A stretch of 48,339 bases of DNA from Octopus bimaculoides (GCF_001194135.2 NC_068982.1:168508384-168556722); one strand, 5' to 3'; counted from the first letter of the stretch, positions 1 to 12,519 are shown. The notes: generated from the letters alone by a model not told the origin. Numbers and translations are program-made.

Positions 1-23
1 ATATATATATATATATATATATA

Positions 24-105
24 CGGGGGTGATCAATAAGTATCCAGTATCCGGACTGTTGCCATAGTAACGAAGCTAAAGCACGCAGAGTAAAGCCGCT
101 TGACA
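24..105 (+). mobile_element. Probable left end (TIR region) of a Tc1/mariner element, truncated
   Basis: TA followed by CGGGGGTGATCAATAAGTATCC...CCGGACTG, directly after (TA)n. Shares the TACG...CCGGACT pattern with the TIRs of the mariner at 15888-16769. No coding part seen. Confidence 0.4.
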
Positions 106-756
106 AAAGGTTTACCTTTAACTTCGCCACTCCGGCGATATTTGAAATTAAAACGTAAACGAACGTAACTAATTATTGTCCCCTATTATCCTGATTCTGA
201 TATGTACAGTCCTTATAAACCTATTATCATAAACTATTGAAACCATTACGCGTTCTAGTGCTTAGTTTCGTATCTGTTCTAAATGAATCCAGCTGGAATG
301 AGTTTTCACTGTAAGTGAGTTGTACAGTGATGATTCCTGTAGAGGCTGAAGATCTGTTAAAAGGAGGATATACTAGGATTATACAATGAATAGTATAGTC
401 TCTTTTAATATATTTTGTTTCACTAGACCCATAGTTTAGTATATGAAATGTTGACTGCTACAGAGCAAACACAAAATGTTGACACCAGATAAGATTTCGA
501 TTTCCGTTTGATACCAATTCTTTTGTACTTCACGTCACAAATGACCTTGAAGAAATATGAAAACGACAAAAACATCCCACGGTATCACTTATATCGACTA
601 CAGGTGTTTTATTTTTGTACAAAGTGAAAAGTAGAATCAATATGTCGTGAAATACTTATGCAAGTAAATAAATACATTCCGAAGAAAAAACAACGTAAGT
701 GTTGATGGTTATCAAATTAAACGTAAGTGTATGTACTTGTGTGTGCATGTTTCTAT

Positions 757-764
<8 letters not shown>

Positions 765-804
<40 letters not shown>
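765..804. repeat. (TG)n microsatellite
   Basis: Direct reading. Source of the spurious ORFs at 656-1091. Confidence 0.95.
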
Positions 805-805
<1 letters not shown>

Positions 806-3800
806 TGTTTGTGCGTATGTGTGTATGTGTGTATACATGTGTGTGTATTTTTACATAAGTACATGGATAAACATATGTATATGAACACACACGCGCACAT
901 ACATATACGCACACGTACATCAGCAAAGGACTGAATTCAATGCTGAAGATAAGACAGAAAAACGAATTAAGAATATCAGATAATGTTTCAGTGTAAGAAA
1001 AAAATGGACGAAATTTTCGTTTCTTATTATATTTCTTCATAAAAAAATACAGAGAATATTCTAACACCTCTTCATTGATTCCATGAAACACACAAGCACA
1101 TATACATATTCAAATACATAGACACACACATACACACACACAATGTTTTTCTCATTATTCCTTATCTGCCTTCACTGAAAGAAAGTATTCTTCTGGTTGT
1201 AAAACACCGTTCCTTTAAATTCGCTTCTGTCGTTTAATTCATTTATTCTGAACGTGATTTTCATTGAAAAATTAATTGCTTCAAAAGAGATTTTTTCTTC
1301 GCCTTTTCCACATCTCTACATTTCTCCGAAAAATAACCAGTGTCCGAAATACTAAACTTTGTTCTGTTTCTGCCTTAAAGCATCAAATGTATTTGTACCC
1401 CTTTGTTCAAGAAAATGCTTTGGATAACATTACCAAATATGATGTACCTATGATCTGATCACCAGTGATTTTACTCAGTATAAAGATTATTAGTTTCAAA
1501 TTTATCTAAAGAATTATAGATACACATTCTTTAGAATGTATATTTATAATAATTCAACGGGTACTATACTACATCTTCAATAGTTACAGGAATTCATCTC
1601 AGATATTTAAATGTTTAATATTCAATTTGCTGTAAAGACATTTTATGGTTGAGACCCTGAACTAAACAGTCGAGTTGGTGAGTTTAGGTCCTAAATTCGA
1701 ACAAATATATTTTTTCATCACACATGCTGCAACCAAAATAATTAAGTGATAGCTATTTTTGTTAGGTCTAGATTAGACCTGATTGTAGTGACTATGAAAA
1801 CAACATTACCTTGTATGGTTGTATATTATGAACAGCATTGTTCGATATATCCCTCTTTATTTAAGGTGTTGGAAATTGGGAAAGAGTATGGCTGATACTT
1901 TTAACAGGTTGAACGATAGGTTAGGGGCTTCTTAACTGACTCGTATTTTTCGTTGTTGTTATTGAAAGTGGCCATGGGGAAGGGTTTGGGATAGTGGTTA
2001 GTCAAAGGTCAACAATCTTATACTCAACGGTTTTCAGACATATTATATCTAGGACTTCAAGCTAATGACAACAGAAGCAAAAAGAATATTTTGAAATTGT
2101 AGTAAGAAGTGACTTGAGGAGAATTCTTTCTCAATATAATAGTTAATGAGAAATTAAAAAAAGGTAAGTAACCTCGAAATATCGAGAAAAAGCATTATAT
2201 TGCAAAGGACAATGACAGGAGAACCATATTAAAAAGATAAGAATAAAACTAATAAAAATAGCTGAGAATATTTTTTATAACATTGTTGAAAGTTTATTGT
2301 GCTTAGTAGCATGACCAATTAATTTAAGAAAAGGAAATATATCACCATCAGTGTCTGATAAAAGTTTAGTGATGGATGTTTTCGATGTTTATATGACACT
2401 GATTTAAAACAACCTTATTTTATGAGTCTCGAACATTATTTTTAATACTAATTTAGTGTTCAAAATTGTTTCAGCATAAAGCTATGGTTATTATTCTCAG
2501 CAAATTACCAAAAAAATAGTTCCAGCTCGCATAATGGACATTATTTGTTTAGTTGCAAGAATCAGTCGCTATTTTTACTTTTCTAATTCGTTTATAGCAC
2601 TTATTGAAGATTAATAGCTTTAACAGAAAAAAGATAACATAGAAAATAATCACGAAGTGGAAAATTGGTGTGCTGAAGTCCTTCATTCACCATCTGTAAC
2701 CAAGAAAGATTATATTTTCTCGTTGATTTTATTTGCCATATACACAAATAATTCAGTCAGTATAGGAACGATAATGCCGTTATTTTAATATCATCTCAGA
2801 TGGCATGCTTTCATTGATTAAGGAAGTATACTGTCTTGTGTTTGTAAGTAACCGCTTGACACCAGCTAAGGTTCGTTTAGGTCCTTGTAACGGTAATTCG
2901 GTAATAAGAAAGTGGAAGATAATATGTAGCAAACTATAAAATAAATACAAGAGGTGACTTGAGCGGTTAAGCCACCCAAGGCGGTTCGTCACCCTAGCTG
3001 TACTCTAATATCTGAAATAAACAATAGAAATTGAAACAAAAAAATGTTTTTGTTTGCTTGTTGTCCTAGATACACTATATTTGCAAAAAGAAGAGATGGT
3101 CATAGACTGAACAGCATAGAACAATGGTGGTAACACCATGAAAGATTGTGAAAGTAATAATACCCTTTATATAAAAGAAACTAAAACAAAACAAAAGAAA
3201 ATTTTAAAAAGGGGAAAAGGAATACAGATAAAGAATAGTTAAATGTTTTTCATGTTAAATATGCTTGTAGGCTCCATTAACTTGAACATTGAAAATAATT
3301 TGCATCTCTAAGTTTGGTAGTATGTTTTAGACAAATTTTAAAATGTCTTCTCTTTTAGGTTTGAAAATGTTTATGTTGGAATGAATAATATCATAAAGAT
3401 GCTGAATATCCGCTATATAAGCATAAATGTGATTCCAAACGAGATTTCCTCGCTCATACAATATTTCTCAAAAAAATATGACCAGGAGAGTAACTTTTGT
3501 TTATCGGGTACAAGGAATATCGAAAAGCAGGTGGCAGATTTTATCAAGGTCATTTCAAGACTTAGGTTTGAATCTAATTTTCTTGATTCCAAATTATATT
3601 ATACTATATAATGTAGAGTGTTTTAATACAAGTTGGTAAAATAGTCTCTATTTCCAATTATTTTTCCATTTATATCTTGGATTTCGTATATTAACCGAGC
3701 TTATTAGTTTGTAGCAGATGAACCATGCAATGTTGATGTAATTTTACATAAATATACAGTCCTAAAGGATACTTCGAAAGTATAATTCATAATCGAATCT

Positions 3801-4119
3801 CACCTGTCAACATTGTATAATCGCAAGGGTTTCAAGGAAATGATTTTTCAAATAATACTATGAATCTAATACTGATTTCTAATTGTGGCACAAATTCTGA
3901 ATATGCAAGAATGAATGATATTTTCTCATTAATCAAGTCTCTTGTACGTGTTTCTCATTTACGTCATTGACCTCAGAGTAAGGAAGGACGCATTCGGCCT
4001 TGGATGAATTTGATTTCGGAGTCACAGAGTACATAACTGCTTGCTGTAAGACTTCCAGCTATATTATGTAATATTCTGCCACTTCACAGTATTTATACTA
4101 AATATTTAATATTTTATCC

Positions 4120-4500
4120 TTTCGTTTTCACTCATTAGACGGCGGCCATACTGGGGCACCACCTTGGAGAAGTTTTGCCGACATAGTCGTCCCCAGTACT
4201 TTTTAAAACTCGGTGCTTATTCTATCGGTCTCTTTTGCAGAACCGCTAAGTTACAGAAATGTAAACACCAACACCAGTTGTCAAGCTGTGGTAAGGGACA
4301 AACACAGACACAACCACACGCGCGCGTGTATGTGCATGTATGTATGAATGTATATTCAGTTTCCGTCTACCAAATCTAATCACAAAGCATTGGTCGGCCC
4401 GCGGCTATAGTAGAAGGCACTTGCCCAAGATGCCATGCAGTAGAATCGAATCCGGAAACACGTGGTTGTGAAATAAATGTCTTTCAACACAGCAACGCCT
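4120..4500 (-). mobile_element. tRNA-derived CORE-like SINE (octopus OR1/OR2-like), full length, diverged
   Basis: Matches the cleaner copy at 42620-43025: ggccatactggggcacc, cttattctatcggtctcttttgc, central microsatellite, cagtttccgtctaccaaat, ggctatagtagaaggcacttgcccaag; tRNA-like head at the 4500 end. Confidence 0.85.
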
Positions 4501-6009
4501 AAAAGTTAGTATTAAAATATAAAAGAGGATGTGATTGGCATAAATTGATTACTGGGTCAAATGTATTTCATTTAGCTTAGTTACATCCCTTTCTGATGAG
4601 AGTTTAAATTCTACTGCTGTCGATTTTCCTTCACACAACTCCTTGATTTATAAGATAGGTAGCAGTCATGTACACACCTGATTCAATATATTATAACTCT
4701 TCACTACATATGATATCTACCGACATGAGAAACGAATATCCGAAGATAAACATAAAAGATAGAAAAAAATATTAAATATAAAACAATTTCAGATAATTTA
4801 ATTTATGGGAAAATAACATAAAACAAATTAAGATATCAAGTTAATAGGAAATAAAATGTTTGGAAAAGCTTTGAAAAGATGTGAATTGTTAAGAAGAGAT
4901 AAGATAATTACTTAAATAAACATAATTCTGTATATTTATTGTCTAATTTAGAATACATACAAATCAGAGAAAATCGCATTGAAATATTCATTTCCTTTCT
5001 TCTTATTGAAATAATAGCCTCACAAATAAAGCGTGCCTCATCAGAAATTATTATAATAAATTATAATATGATGTTTTGCCAGATTATATTGCATTAATAA
5101 ATATACAATTACCAACTCTCTTATGTGTAACAGAAGTTTCCCATTTTATATTTTATAGACAATGCATCCATACCTACAAGCACACACATGTATCATACGA
5201 ATGATTGTGTTTATGTTGTGTTCTAAGTAGAATTCAATAAAACAGTGTTTTAAATGTCTCTGCCAAGTTATATTAACAACATAAAGAAATTTCTCATAAT
5301 TCACGATAATTATATGAACTAAAATAGAAAACAAGATTCCTTAATGTGTTTAGTCGGAGCTTATTGAGCATACTTGTACGAATCTTGAAAGGTTCACATT
5401 CCAAGATACTTTGATATTAGAAATAACGTTCAAATAAAATAAAATCTACTAGAAATTACTAAAACGTACTGAGCTTGCAATTTTATGCCAATCAATCAAG
5501 TGCCATTTTTGTGGGGTATACTGTAAGAATAGCAGCAGTAAAATCCTAGATCTGGAACCAATACTCCAGTGTAGAACACATTTAGACTTTTTAAGGGGTT
5601 AGTAGTTGTTAGACAAATATGTATTTTCTCTTCTTGAAGAAGGTCAATTTTGTAATGCACTTCTCCTGGGGCAATCTTCACTCAAGGCGCACATTCACTA
5701 ATGATAGTAAAATTTATCTTTTGCTGTGATTACAAGTTATTAATTATCTTGGAATGGCTAGTGATTACGCATTTAAGCTCTTCTAAAAGACATGATTGGT
5801 ATAATTCCATTTAAGACTGTGTCCAAAGCAGTTGTTCATGGAGTCATTGCAGGGTAGTTTTCAGGTATTAAAACTGCTTCATAATGAACGGTTAGTAAGG
5901 AATAGACAGTAGCTTCCTCTGAATAAAGGTGAGCATTGTCGGTGGTGATAGCAAATAGGTCGAATTTGACAAATATTTATCTGGTAAAAAAAAAAATCAT
6001 ATAGCAGCT

Positions 6010-6200
6010 AGTTATTTTGGTTGTTATTGTTTATATCCCAGTTCATCTCTTGTCAAATGATCAGTAGAGTTCCATCAATGACCACCCTTTTATTTTTAAT
6101 CATAATGTATCTAATATTAACTTATTTGATATACCCTTCAATTTTAAGAACATAGGATGGGATTTGCGTAATATTTGGCTGCTGTTACTCGTTGCTTAAG
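6010..6200 (-). repeat. Old dispersed repeat family with a (CAA)n-type tail; degenerate copy
   Basis: Family core ctatgatcaaaggcattc(c/t)agatgtg is visible at ~37058-37130, ~39007-39062, ~46180-46260 and, reversed, ~9215-9255. Weaker copies lie at ~17140-17250, ~33045-33200 and ~37190-37265. This copy is heavily decayed. Class (SINE or LINE 3' end) unresolved. Confidence 0.4.
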
Positions 6201-7039
6201 CTATTGCATAGAAGTTACCCCATATTCTAATCTCATAAACTTTTTATTCTCTACGTATTTACGGTTATGAATGAATATCAATGATAATTATTTGCTGAAT
6301 ATATTGTTATTTAGTTGTCTTAATTTCAATTAACTAAACTCTCGTCTTTTTCCCGTTTCCTTCTAGTTATCCTGACAGTGAAATCTTGCCTTGACATGTT
6401 TTGCTCATAGCTCGAGTCATTCAAACTTGCTTCAAGTATATCATTTAGTAAGTATAACTCAGTACTTTATTCTTATTTACTGCTCATACGCTATCACCGG
6501 CGTTGCATTGTATCTTTATTAAATCACTCTAATCAACAGACGACGACTACATTCGATGAGATTCTTCAGTTTTCTTTGTCAACAACAGTGATACGGTAGC
6601 CACGCCAGTAGGTTTTCCTCTAAAGAGATCTTGAAATCATTAGAATCCCCGGTATTTTAAACTTCGTAGGTTGTAGAAAGAAACAGGGACCTGGTCTTTA
6701 TTTTTCACTTATCACAAAATGTAATTCAATATTTGGAATTCATTCATGTATTCACTCTATTGCATGATGAATAAATACCGGAAATTCAAACTCAGTATAT
6801 AGTTTAGACGGTCCACCACCGCCATTCTGTCGTTGTTGATTTTTATATTAAAAGAGTTGGAATACAAAAGAGCACTGCAGCAATATCGTTGGATACCATC
6901 ATGGTTAACTAAACTAGTTTTAGAGAATGACAAATATTTGAACATTACAACATCCTTCTTGCTATTGCCAACATCCAATTCCTGCAAACGTACGAGGAGT
7001 TTAACGCAAACGACACTACTATAGTCACAATTATATTTC

Positions 7040-7622
7040 AGTTAATTTTCGCACAGCTGCTTATGACGTGGGTGATATCTTCAGTGTGAACTCCACAAAG
7101 TCTGCATCGGTTGTCACACTTTACAGCTTTACTTGCATCTCTATCCCTTTTTTGCATCAAGTACTTGGCTGATATTTCCTATTCCTGGACTGCAAATGCA
7201 TACCCTTCAAAGTGGGAGGTAGTAATTCAGCTATTGGTCCATGATAAACTGCTTTGATGATCTACGTTAATATCATCACAGAGCTTTCTAATAACATATC
7301 CATGCGAAGTCTTCTGCTCATATAGGCTCATCCTTTCATCTGGTGATACGTTGCGGCAGAGTCGTGCGACTTCTTTGGGCATGTATTCTAGGTTTTCAGG
7401 CAAAGTGTGTTCCTCAAGGAGCTGCCTTCCAAGTCTTATGAGGTTTTCAGCCTCATGTATGGAAACTTAGTTCAAGAGATGCAATTCAACACTTGGTGGT
7501 TAAAAGATGTTGCCGAAGGAATATGATGCGACATTCAAAGACATTTTGGATCGATATTAAGCCTCTTCCGCCTTGTTTTCGTTATAGATAGTGGTTGTCT
7601 ACATCACTGTTTATGTGAAATT
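7040..7622 (-). mobile_element. R4/Dong-like RLE non-LTR retrotransposon relic (RT thumb to CCHC finger), pseudogenised
   Basis: Manual minus-strand translation with stops and one frameshift: HINSDVDNHYL*RKQGGRGLISIQNVFECRIIFLRQHLL...TSHFEGYAFAVQE*EISAKYLMQKRDRD...CDNRCRLCGVHTEDITHVISSCAK. These are the GGRGL thumb motif and CxxC-x(n)-H-x4-C finger typical of RLE-type LINEs. Confidence 0.85.
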
Positions 7623-7629
7623 ATGTGTG

Positions 7630-7696
7630 CTTGTATGTATGTATGTATGTACTGTTATGCATGTATGTAATGTATGTATGTAATATATATATACAC

Positions 7697-7790
<94 letters not shown>
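7630..7790. repeat. Compound (GTAT)n/(TA)n/(GA)n microsatellite
   Basis: Direct reading. Abuts the 5' end of the LINE relic. Confidence 0.95.
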
Positions 7791-7794
<4 letters not shown>

Positions 7795-7913
7795 GTATGG
7801 AAAACGTGAGGTAAATTGTCTTGATCAATAATTTAATGCACTGCCCAATCCAGGGTTTGAGCACAAATTGTTATTCCACAGTTGTTGCTAAATCAATGTA
7901 CATCATCAATTTA

Positions 7914-8128
7914 TGACGGTGAGCTTGTAGAAGCGCTTACACGCTGCGAAAATGCTCAGCTGCATTTCGTCCAACTTTACGGTCTGAGTTCAAATCCCAC
8001 CGAGGTTGAATTTGCCTTTCATCATTCGAAGTCGATAAAATAAGTACCAGCTTAGCATTGGGGTCGATGTAATCGACTTACTCTCTAATTTGAAATTGCT
8101 GGCCTTGTGCCAAAATGTGAAAGCAATA
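7914..8128 (+). mobile_element. tRNA-derived Meta-domain-like SINE, diverged
   Basis: Head ggtgagcttgtagaa, B box gagttcaaatccc, central gaggttgaatttgcctttcatcattcgaagtcgataaaataagtacc, tail ggccttgtgcc. Confidence 0.85.
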
Positions 8129-8424
8129 TACATCATCAGTAAATTTTACAACAAATGCTTAAAGATAAAGACGGTTTTATACTGCCAATTTTGATAATAT
8201 TTCTGTACGTTTCTATCCATTTATCTTGAATGACCTGTGAAATGGAATGGAAAAGTATGAACATCATATCTAACCATTTCTATTTCTTTTCAATAATATA
8301 TACATATAAGGAAACAATATCTCGTTCATTGTTTAGAAACTGCACCAAATTAGCGTTTATAATTCATTTATTGCCTGGGCATAATTCACATTGTTTCGAA
8401 ACTGTAGATGAGTGTAGAGGTGGA

Positions 8425-8826
8425 TATTCTTTTCTACTCTAGGCACAAGGCCAGAAACTTTTGGGGAAGGGGCACAGTCGATTAGATCGGCCCCAGTACG
8501 CAACTGGTACTTAATTTATCGACCCTAAGATGATGAAAGGCAAAGCTGACCTCGGTGGAATTCGAACTCAGAACGTAATGACAGACGAAATACCTATTTC
8601 TTTACTGCCCACAAGGGGCTACACACAGAGGGGACAAACAAGGACAGACAAACGGATTAAGTCGATTATACCGACACCAGTACGTAACTGGTACTTAATT
8701 TATCGACCCCGAAAGGATGAAAGGCAAAGTCGACCTCGGCGGAATTTGAACTCAGAACGCAGTGGCAGACGAAATACCGCTAAGCATTTCGCCTGACGTG
8801 CTAACGTTTCTGCCAGCTCGCCGCCT
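8425..8826 (-). mobile_element. Dimeric Meta-like SINE (full monomer plus head-truncated second monomer)
   Basis: The block gtacttaatttatcgaccc..gatgaaaggcaaag..gacctcgg..gaactcagaacg occurs twice. 8595-8826 closely matches the monomer at 13654-13888; 8425-8594 carries the alternative tail also seen at 32622. Confidence 0.9.
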
Positions 8827-9354
8827 GGTGGAGTTGGATATTGTCAAATGATAAATCAATTTAGTATGTTTATTAAATAATGCATTAAACTGTAATTCTC
8901 CTTAATATTCCAGCAGACATTTCAGTAATTTCTGGTAGTTATATAGACATTTGTGGAATAACTGTCATCTAATTGCAAACATATACATTGTGATGAATAT
9001 CTTCAGAAATTACCAAAACGCTGTACGTTTACTCTAAAAGATACAAAGGACGTTGAACGTTGGGTAGTACACGGAGCATATAACAGTTTATTTCGTTTGA
9101 AACAAAGGTTGTTGAACCAAAGCGTTTTCTCTGAATCTTCTGAAAGCAGTTTTAAATCACGCACTACCACCTTAAGTAAACAAGGGTATATAGGATAAAG
9201 TAAAATTTGAAATATGCCCAGCCCACGACTGAAATGCCTTGGTCATAGTTCCACATATGTATATATGTTTAGAAGATACGAGGAAGGGCTCAGATTAAAC
9301 AACGAAGTTATGTGGATTCTATTCTGACACATCTGTACTTATGCGCTGCGATAT

Positions 9355-9915
9355 GCTAATCTCAATGCGTGATGTCTTCCACAGAAACATGACATAGCCT
9401 ACACATGCGGTTGCACCCTGGATTTACATGAGCGTCATTGTCTCTCTTGTTCACCAGGTACTTTGTGGCAATGTCCTGTTCCTGGATAGCCTTCAAAATG
9501 TGATGTGATGTAGTGACCTTGTGTTCAAGAGAGGCTGCGCTTTGTGTCAATTCTTGTCTTTTTCAAGCTTCCAGGCAACATACCCATGCATAGTCTTTTT
9601 TGTATGCTGAGTGCTTTCCATCCAGGTCTTCTCTGAGGCAAGAGAGCCCAGCTGTCTTGGGACTGTGTAGGAGATCATCAGGAAGAGAGCGATTCCTGAA
9701 GAGCTCACTGCCAACTAGTACAATGTTGCTTACTTCACTTTTCAGCACTGCATTTATATATTTATTTTTGCTGCTGTTGTTTAGCAGGTGCTGCCTGAGT
9801 GATACCATACAGCTTTCGAAGGCCGTCTGCCTTGATCTCAGGGCAGACGGCCTTCAAAAGGCCGCCTTCATTTCCTCTTAGGTAGAGCTTGTCAACACCT
9901 TGAGTTCGTGTTTAT
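9355..9915 (-). mobile_element. R4/Dong-like RLE LINE relic, second diverged copy
   Basis: Minus strand gives GVDKLYLRGNEGG...LRSRQTAFESCMVSLRQHLLNN (ORF 9563-9808) and TTSHHILKAIQEQDIATKYLVNKRD...CNRMCRLCHVSVEDITH (ORF 9362-9550), colinear with the 7040-7622 relic. Confidence 0.85.
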
Positions 9916-10220
9916 GTATGTATGTGTGCATGTTGCAAAACGCGACTTCCCGTTTGTACTAACACGTCTCCAACAACAAAACTTAGCAGCAGGGAATGCA
10001 CAAACCAGCCCAGAGAAGAAGTCGTAGCGAGTTAGGTATTCAAAACAAATGTCTCGTGGAATATAATTCTTTGATAATTAGTTTCACATTGACTGACTTC
10101 TTCTCACTACTTGCCTACACTCGGATACTAGACCCTCCTTATATACTTGTGCATTAATCTCGAATCTTCTAAACAGTTGTGTGATTTCGTAACTCTATAA
10201 CTTTATTCTGAAACAATCAG

Positions 10221-10235
10221 CTTCCGGGCCGCCAG
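10221..10235 (+). other. Candidate exon end or 15-nt microexon with a strong 5' splice site
   Basis: aatcag|CTTCCGGGCCGCCAG|gtaagc: a GC-rich 15-mer in AT-rich context ending in CAG|GTAAGC. No transcript evidence. Confidence 0.25.
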
Positions 10236-10458
10236 GTAAGCCGCACCCTCATACTTGACCATATGAGACATGTCATTTATCACGTAATATAATTCTTTAC
10301 TTTTCTCTGAAACTCTGACATGATGCAATATTACAGAGTGATAACACCGAAGACGAAACAATATTACATAATTATTACATAATAAATGAAATAACTTCAC
10401 AAATTTACTATAGAAATCATAGTTAATGCAAGCATAACTTACTCACTTCTTCATCACA

Positions 10459-10535
<77 letters not shown>
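10459..10535. repeat. (TA)n(TG)n microsatellite
   Basis: Direct reading. Confidence 0.95.
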
Positions 10536-11074
10536 TATGTATGTCCTGTATGTACATATATACAGTATATATGTATATACACACACACATATGTATGTAT
10601 GTATGACTGTCTGTATGCACATGTATATGTATACGTACCACCTTGAGATAGCCAAAAAGCAGTGCGCTAAATGCAAATATCGCCGTGTTTCTTGTTACCC
10701 ATTACATATGGTTGACTTCCTGTTTCAATACATTCTAAGGTGCGAGCTCAATATTATTGACTAAAGCTCTGCATGGGTGCAGTATAGTTATTGAAAGCAA
10801 TGAAATAATATATTAGCACACGTTTGTGTGTTTGCATATTAGTAGGAGATTTAGTATTACAAACGATTAGATGCTAGTAATCAATGCATGCTACATAGGT
10901 TCATATTTCATTTGAAGTGTATGTATTTACGGCACTAATGGTTTTGGAAAAGCGACTGAACGTTATACTATGCCTCTTCTTCTTTGATGTGGAACCCATT
11001 TGCTTAACGGGAAAATAATTATATGTGGCAGTGGTATTTATGTTTCTGTACGTCTGAGCGTGTCTCTGTGTGTG

Positions 11075-11165
11075 AAAGCGCATCACTTAGTGGTTTGGGA
11101 ATTGCATACATGATCGTTAGATTGTGGTTTCAATTCCTGAACTGGGTGATGCATTGTATTCAAGA
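11075..11165 (+). mobile_element. tRNA-like SINE head fragment (third family)
   Basis: gcgcatcacttagtggtt (A-box-like) ... tggtttcaattcc (B-box-like). Similar heads lie at ~34058-34170 and, degenerate, ~44760-44885. Confidence 0.5.
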
Positions 11166-11579
11166 GCCGATTCAAGTATGGAGCTACTTGAGCAGGCGTG
11201 TTGGCGTACTAAGCCGTACTCTGGAAGCCGATAAACACTGCTTCAAAATATATTGAAATATGATTGGAGTATATTTAATGTTTAAGTGAACAAACAACTA
11301 CCTAAACACTGCATTAACAGAGTCAATACTTCCCTCGGTACGTTGTTCTGTTGTCACTGTCACTATCATAAATCTGGTCATTTCTATAATCGGTCAGTTT
11401 GTATTCGTTAATCGGTATTTTCTTCTCTAACAAAAAAAAAGTGCTGTTTGTAAATAAACACGCACATTCAAGGTGTTTTATCACTGCTACTACTACAATG
11501 CTGCTTTAACCCTTTCATCATCTTGATTCAGTTAACTTCATTCCCTCTCTACATAATTTTCCGGCCATACTGCTTAAAT

Positions 11580-11776
11580 TATTCTTTTCTACTCTACGCC
11601 TGAAATTTTGGGGAAGGGGGCTAGTAGATTATACTTAATTGTACTTAATTTATCGACCCCGAAAGGATGATAGGAAAAGTCGACCTCGGCGGGATTTGAA
11701 CTCAGTACATAAAGACAGACGAAGTACCGCTAAGCATTTCCCCTAGCTTGCTAACGCTTCTGCCAGCTCCCCGCCT
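11580..11776 (-). mobile_element. Meta-like SINE with internal deletion
   Basis: gtacttaatttatcgaccccgaaaggatga...gtcgacctcggcgggatttgaactcag...gctaagcatttc...ttctgccagctccccgcct. Confidence 0.9.
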
Positions 11777-11849
11777 TTACCGCTTGAATTATTGAATAGA
11801 CAAATACACATACACGTCCTCTAGTCTTTCTATTTCGCTTATTTCTCTC

Positions 11850-11857
11850 TCCCTCTC

Positions 11858-11935
<78 letters not shown>
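11850..11935. repeat. (CT)n microsatellite
   Basis: Direct reading. Confidence 0.95.
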
Positions 11936-11938
<3 letters not shown>

Positions 11939-12519
11939 TCTCTACTTTCTCCCTCCGTGCTTTTCTTTCTCCGTTCATCCAACTGCCAGTCAAATGTTAG
12001 GTGTAAAGTAACGGCTACTCATTATGACGTTCAGTACAAAACGCAAAGTAACAACGCTTAACACAATTATATGTCATCTTGTCAATCCAATATATACACC
12101 ACTCTAAAAGCAGTAGCCCTATTAAGGCATATGTTCTATGAGTTGCAATTCCATTTAACTGCCGAAATGTTGGTTTCTTTAATTTGTTATATGTCTTCTT
12201 TTATTTAACTAATAAGATATTTGGCCAATCCGAAGCTAGTAATTAGTGAGCCATTTTTGTTAGATACTCAAACAAAAAACGCCCCTGGATTTTGTCTCAG
12301 TTTGCTCAATGCCTGATATGTCAAGTAGAACAATTTCCCAACCGCTCTCCACATAAACACCGGAACGCCACATCAGAGAACATGATCGGCTCTCAAATGA
12401 AGAATCTTTAACTGATATCAATTTGTACTAGTTTGAAAAGCGTTAACCTCGTTCACTTCTACTTTAGTGCGTTGACACTAAAATGAAGCGTTAATTCATA
12501 AGTATCAAATTATTTTTTA

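Noticed and set aside
693-731. aacgtaagtgt direct repeat around a short palindrome; similar short duplications at ~10325-10369, ~38460-38488 and ~43261-43291
   Set aside because: Short local duplications are common slippage or repair scars; no further structure.
3381-3611. 76-aa ORF behind a possible acceptor
   Set aside because: No recognisable motif and no convincing donor or partner exon.
6757-7024. Overlapping ORFs on both strands; + frame LLLPTSNSCKR resembles a hAT dimerisation motif
   Set aside because: Spacing to the upstream W and Y/P residues does not fit the hATC consensus, and no other motif was recognised. Unassigned.
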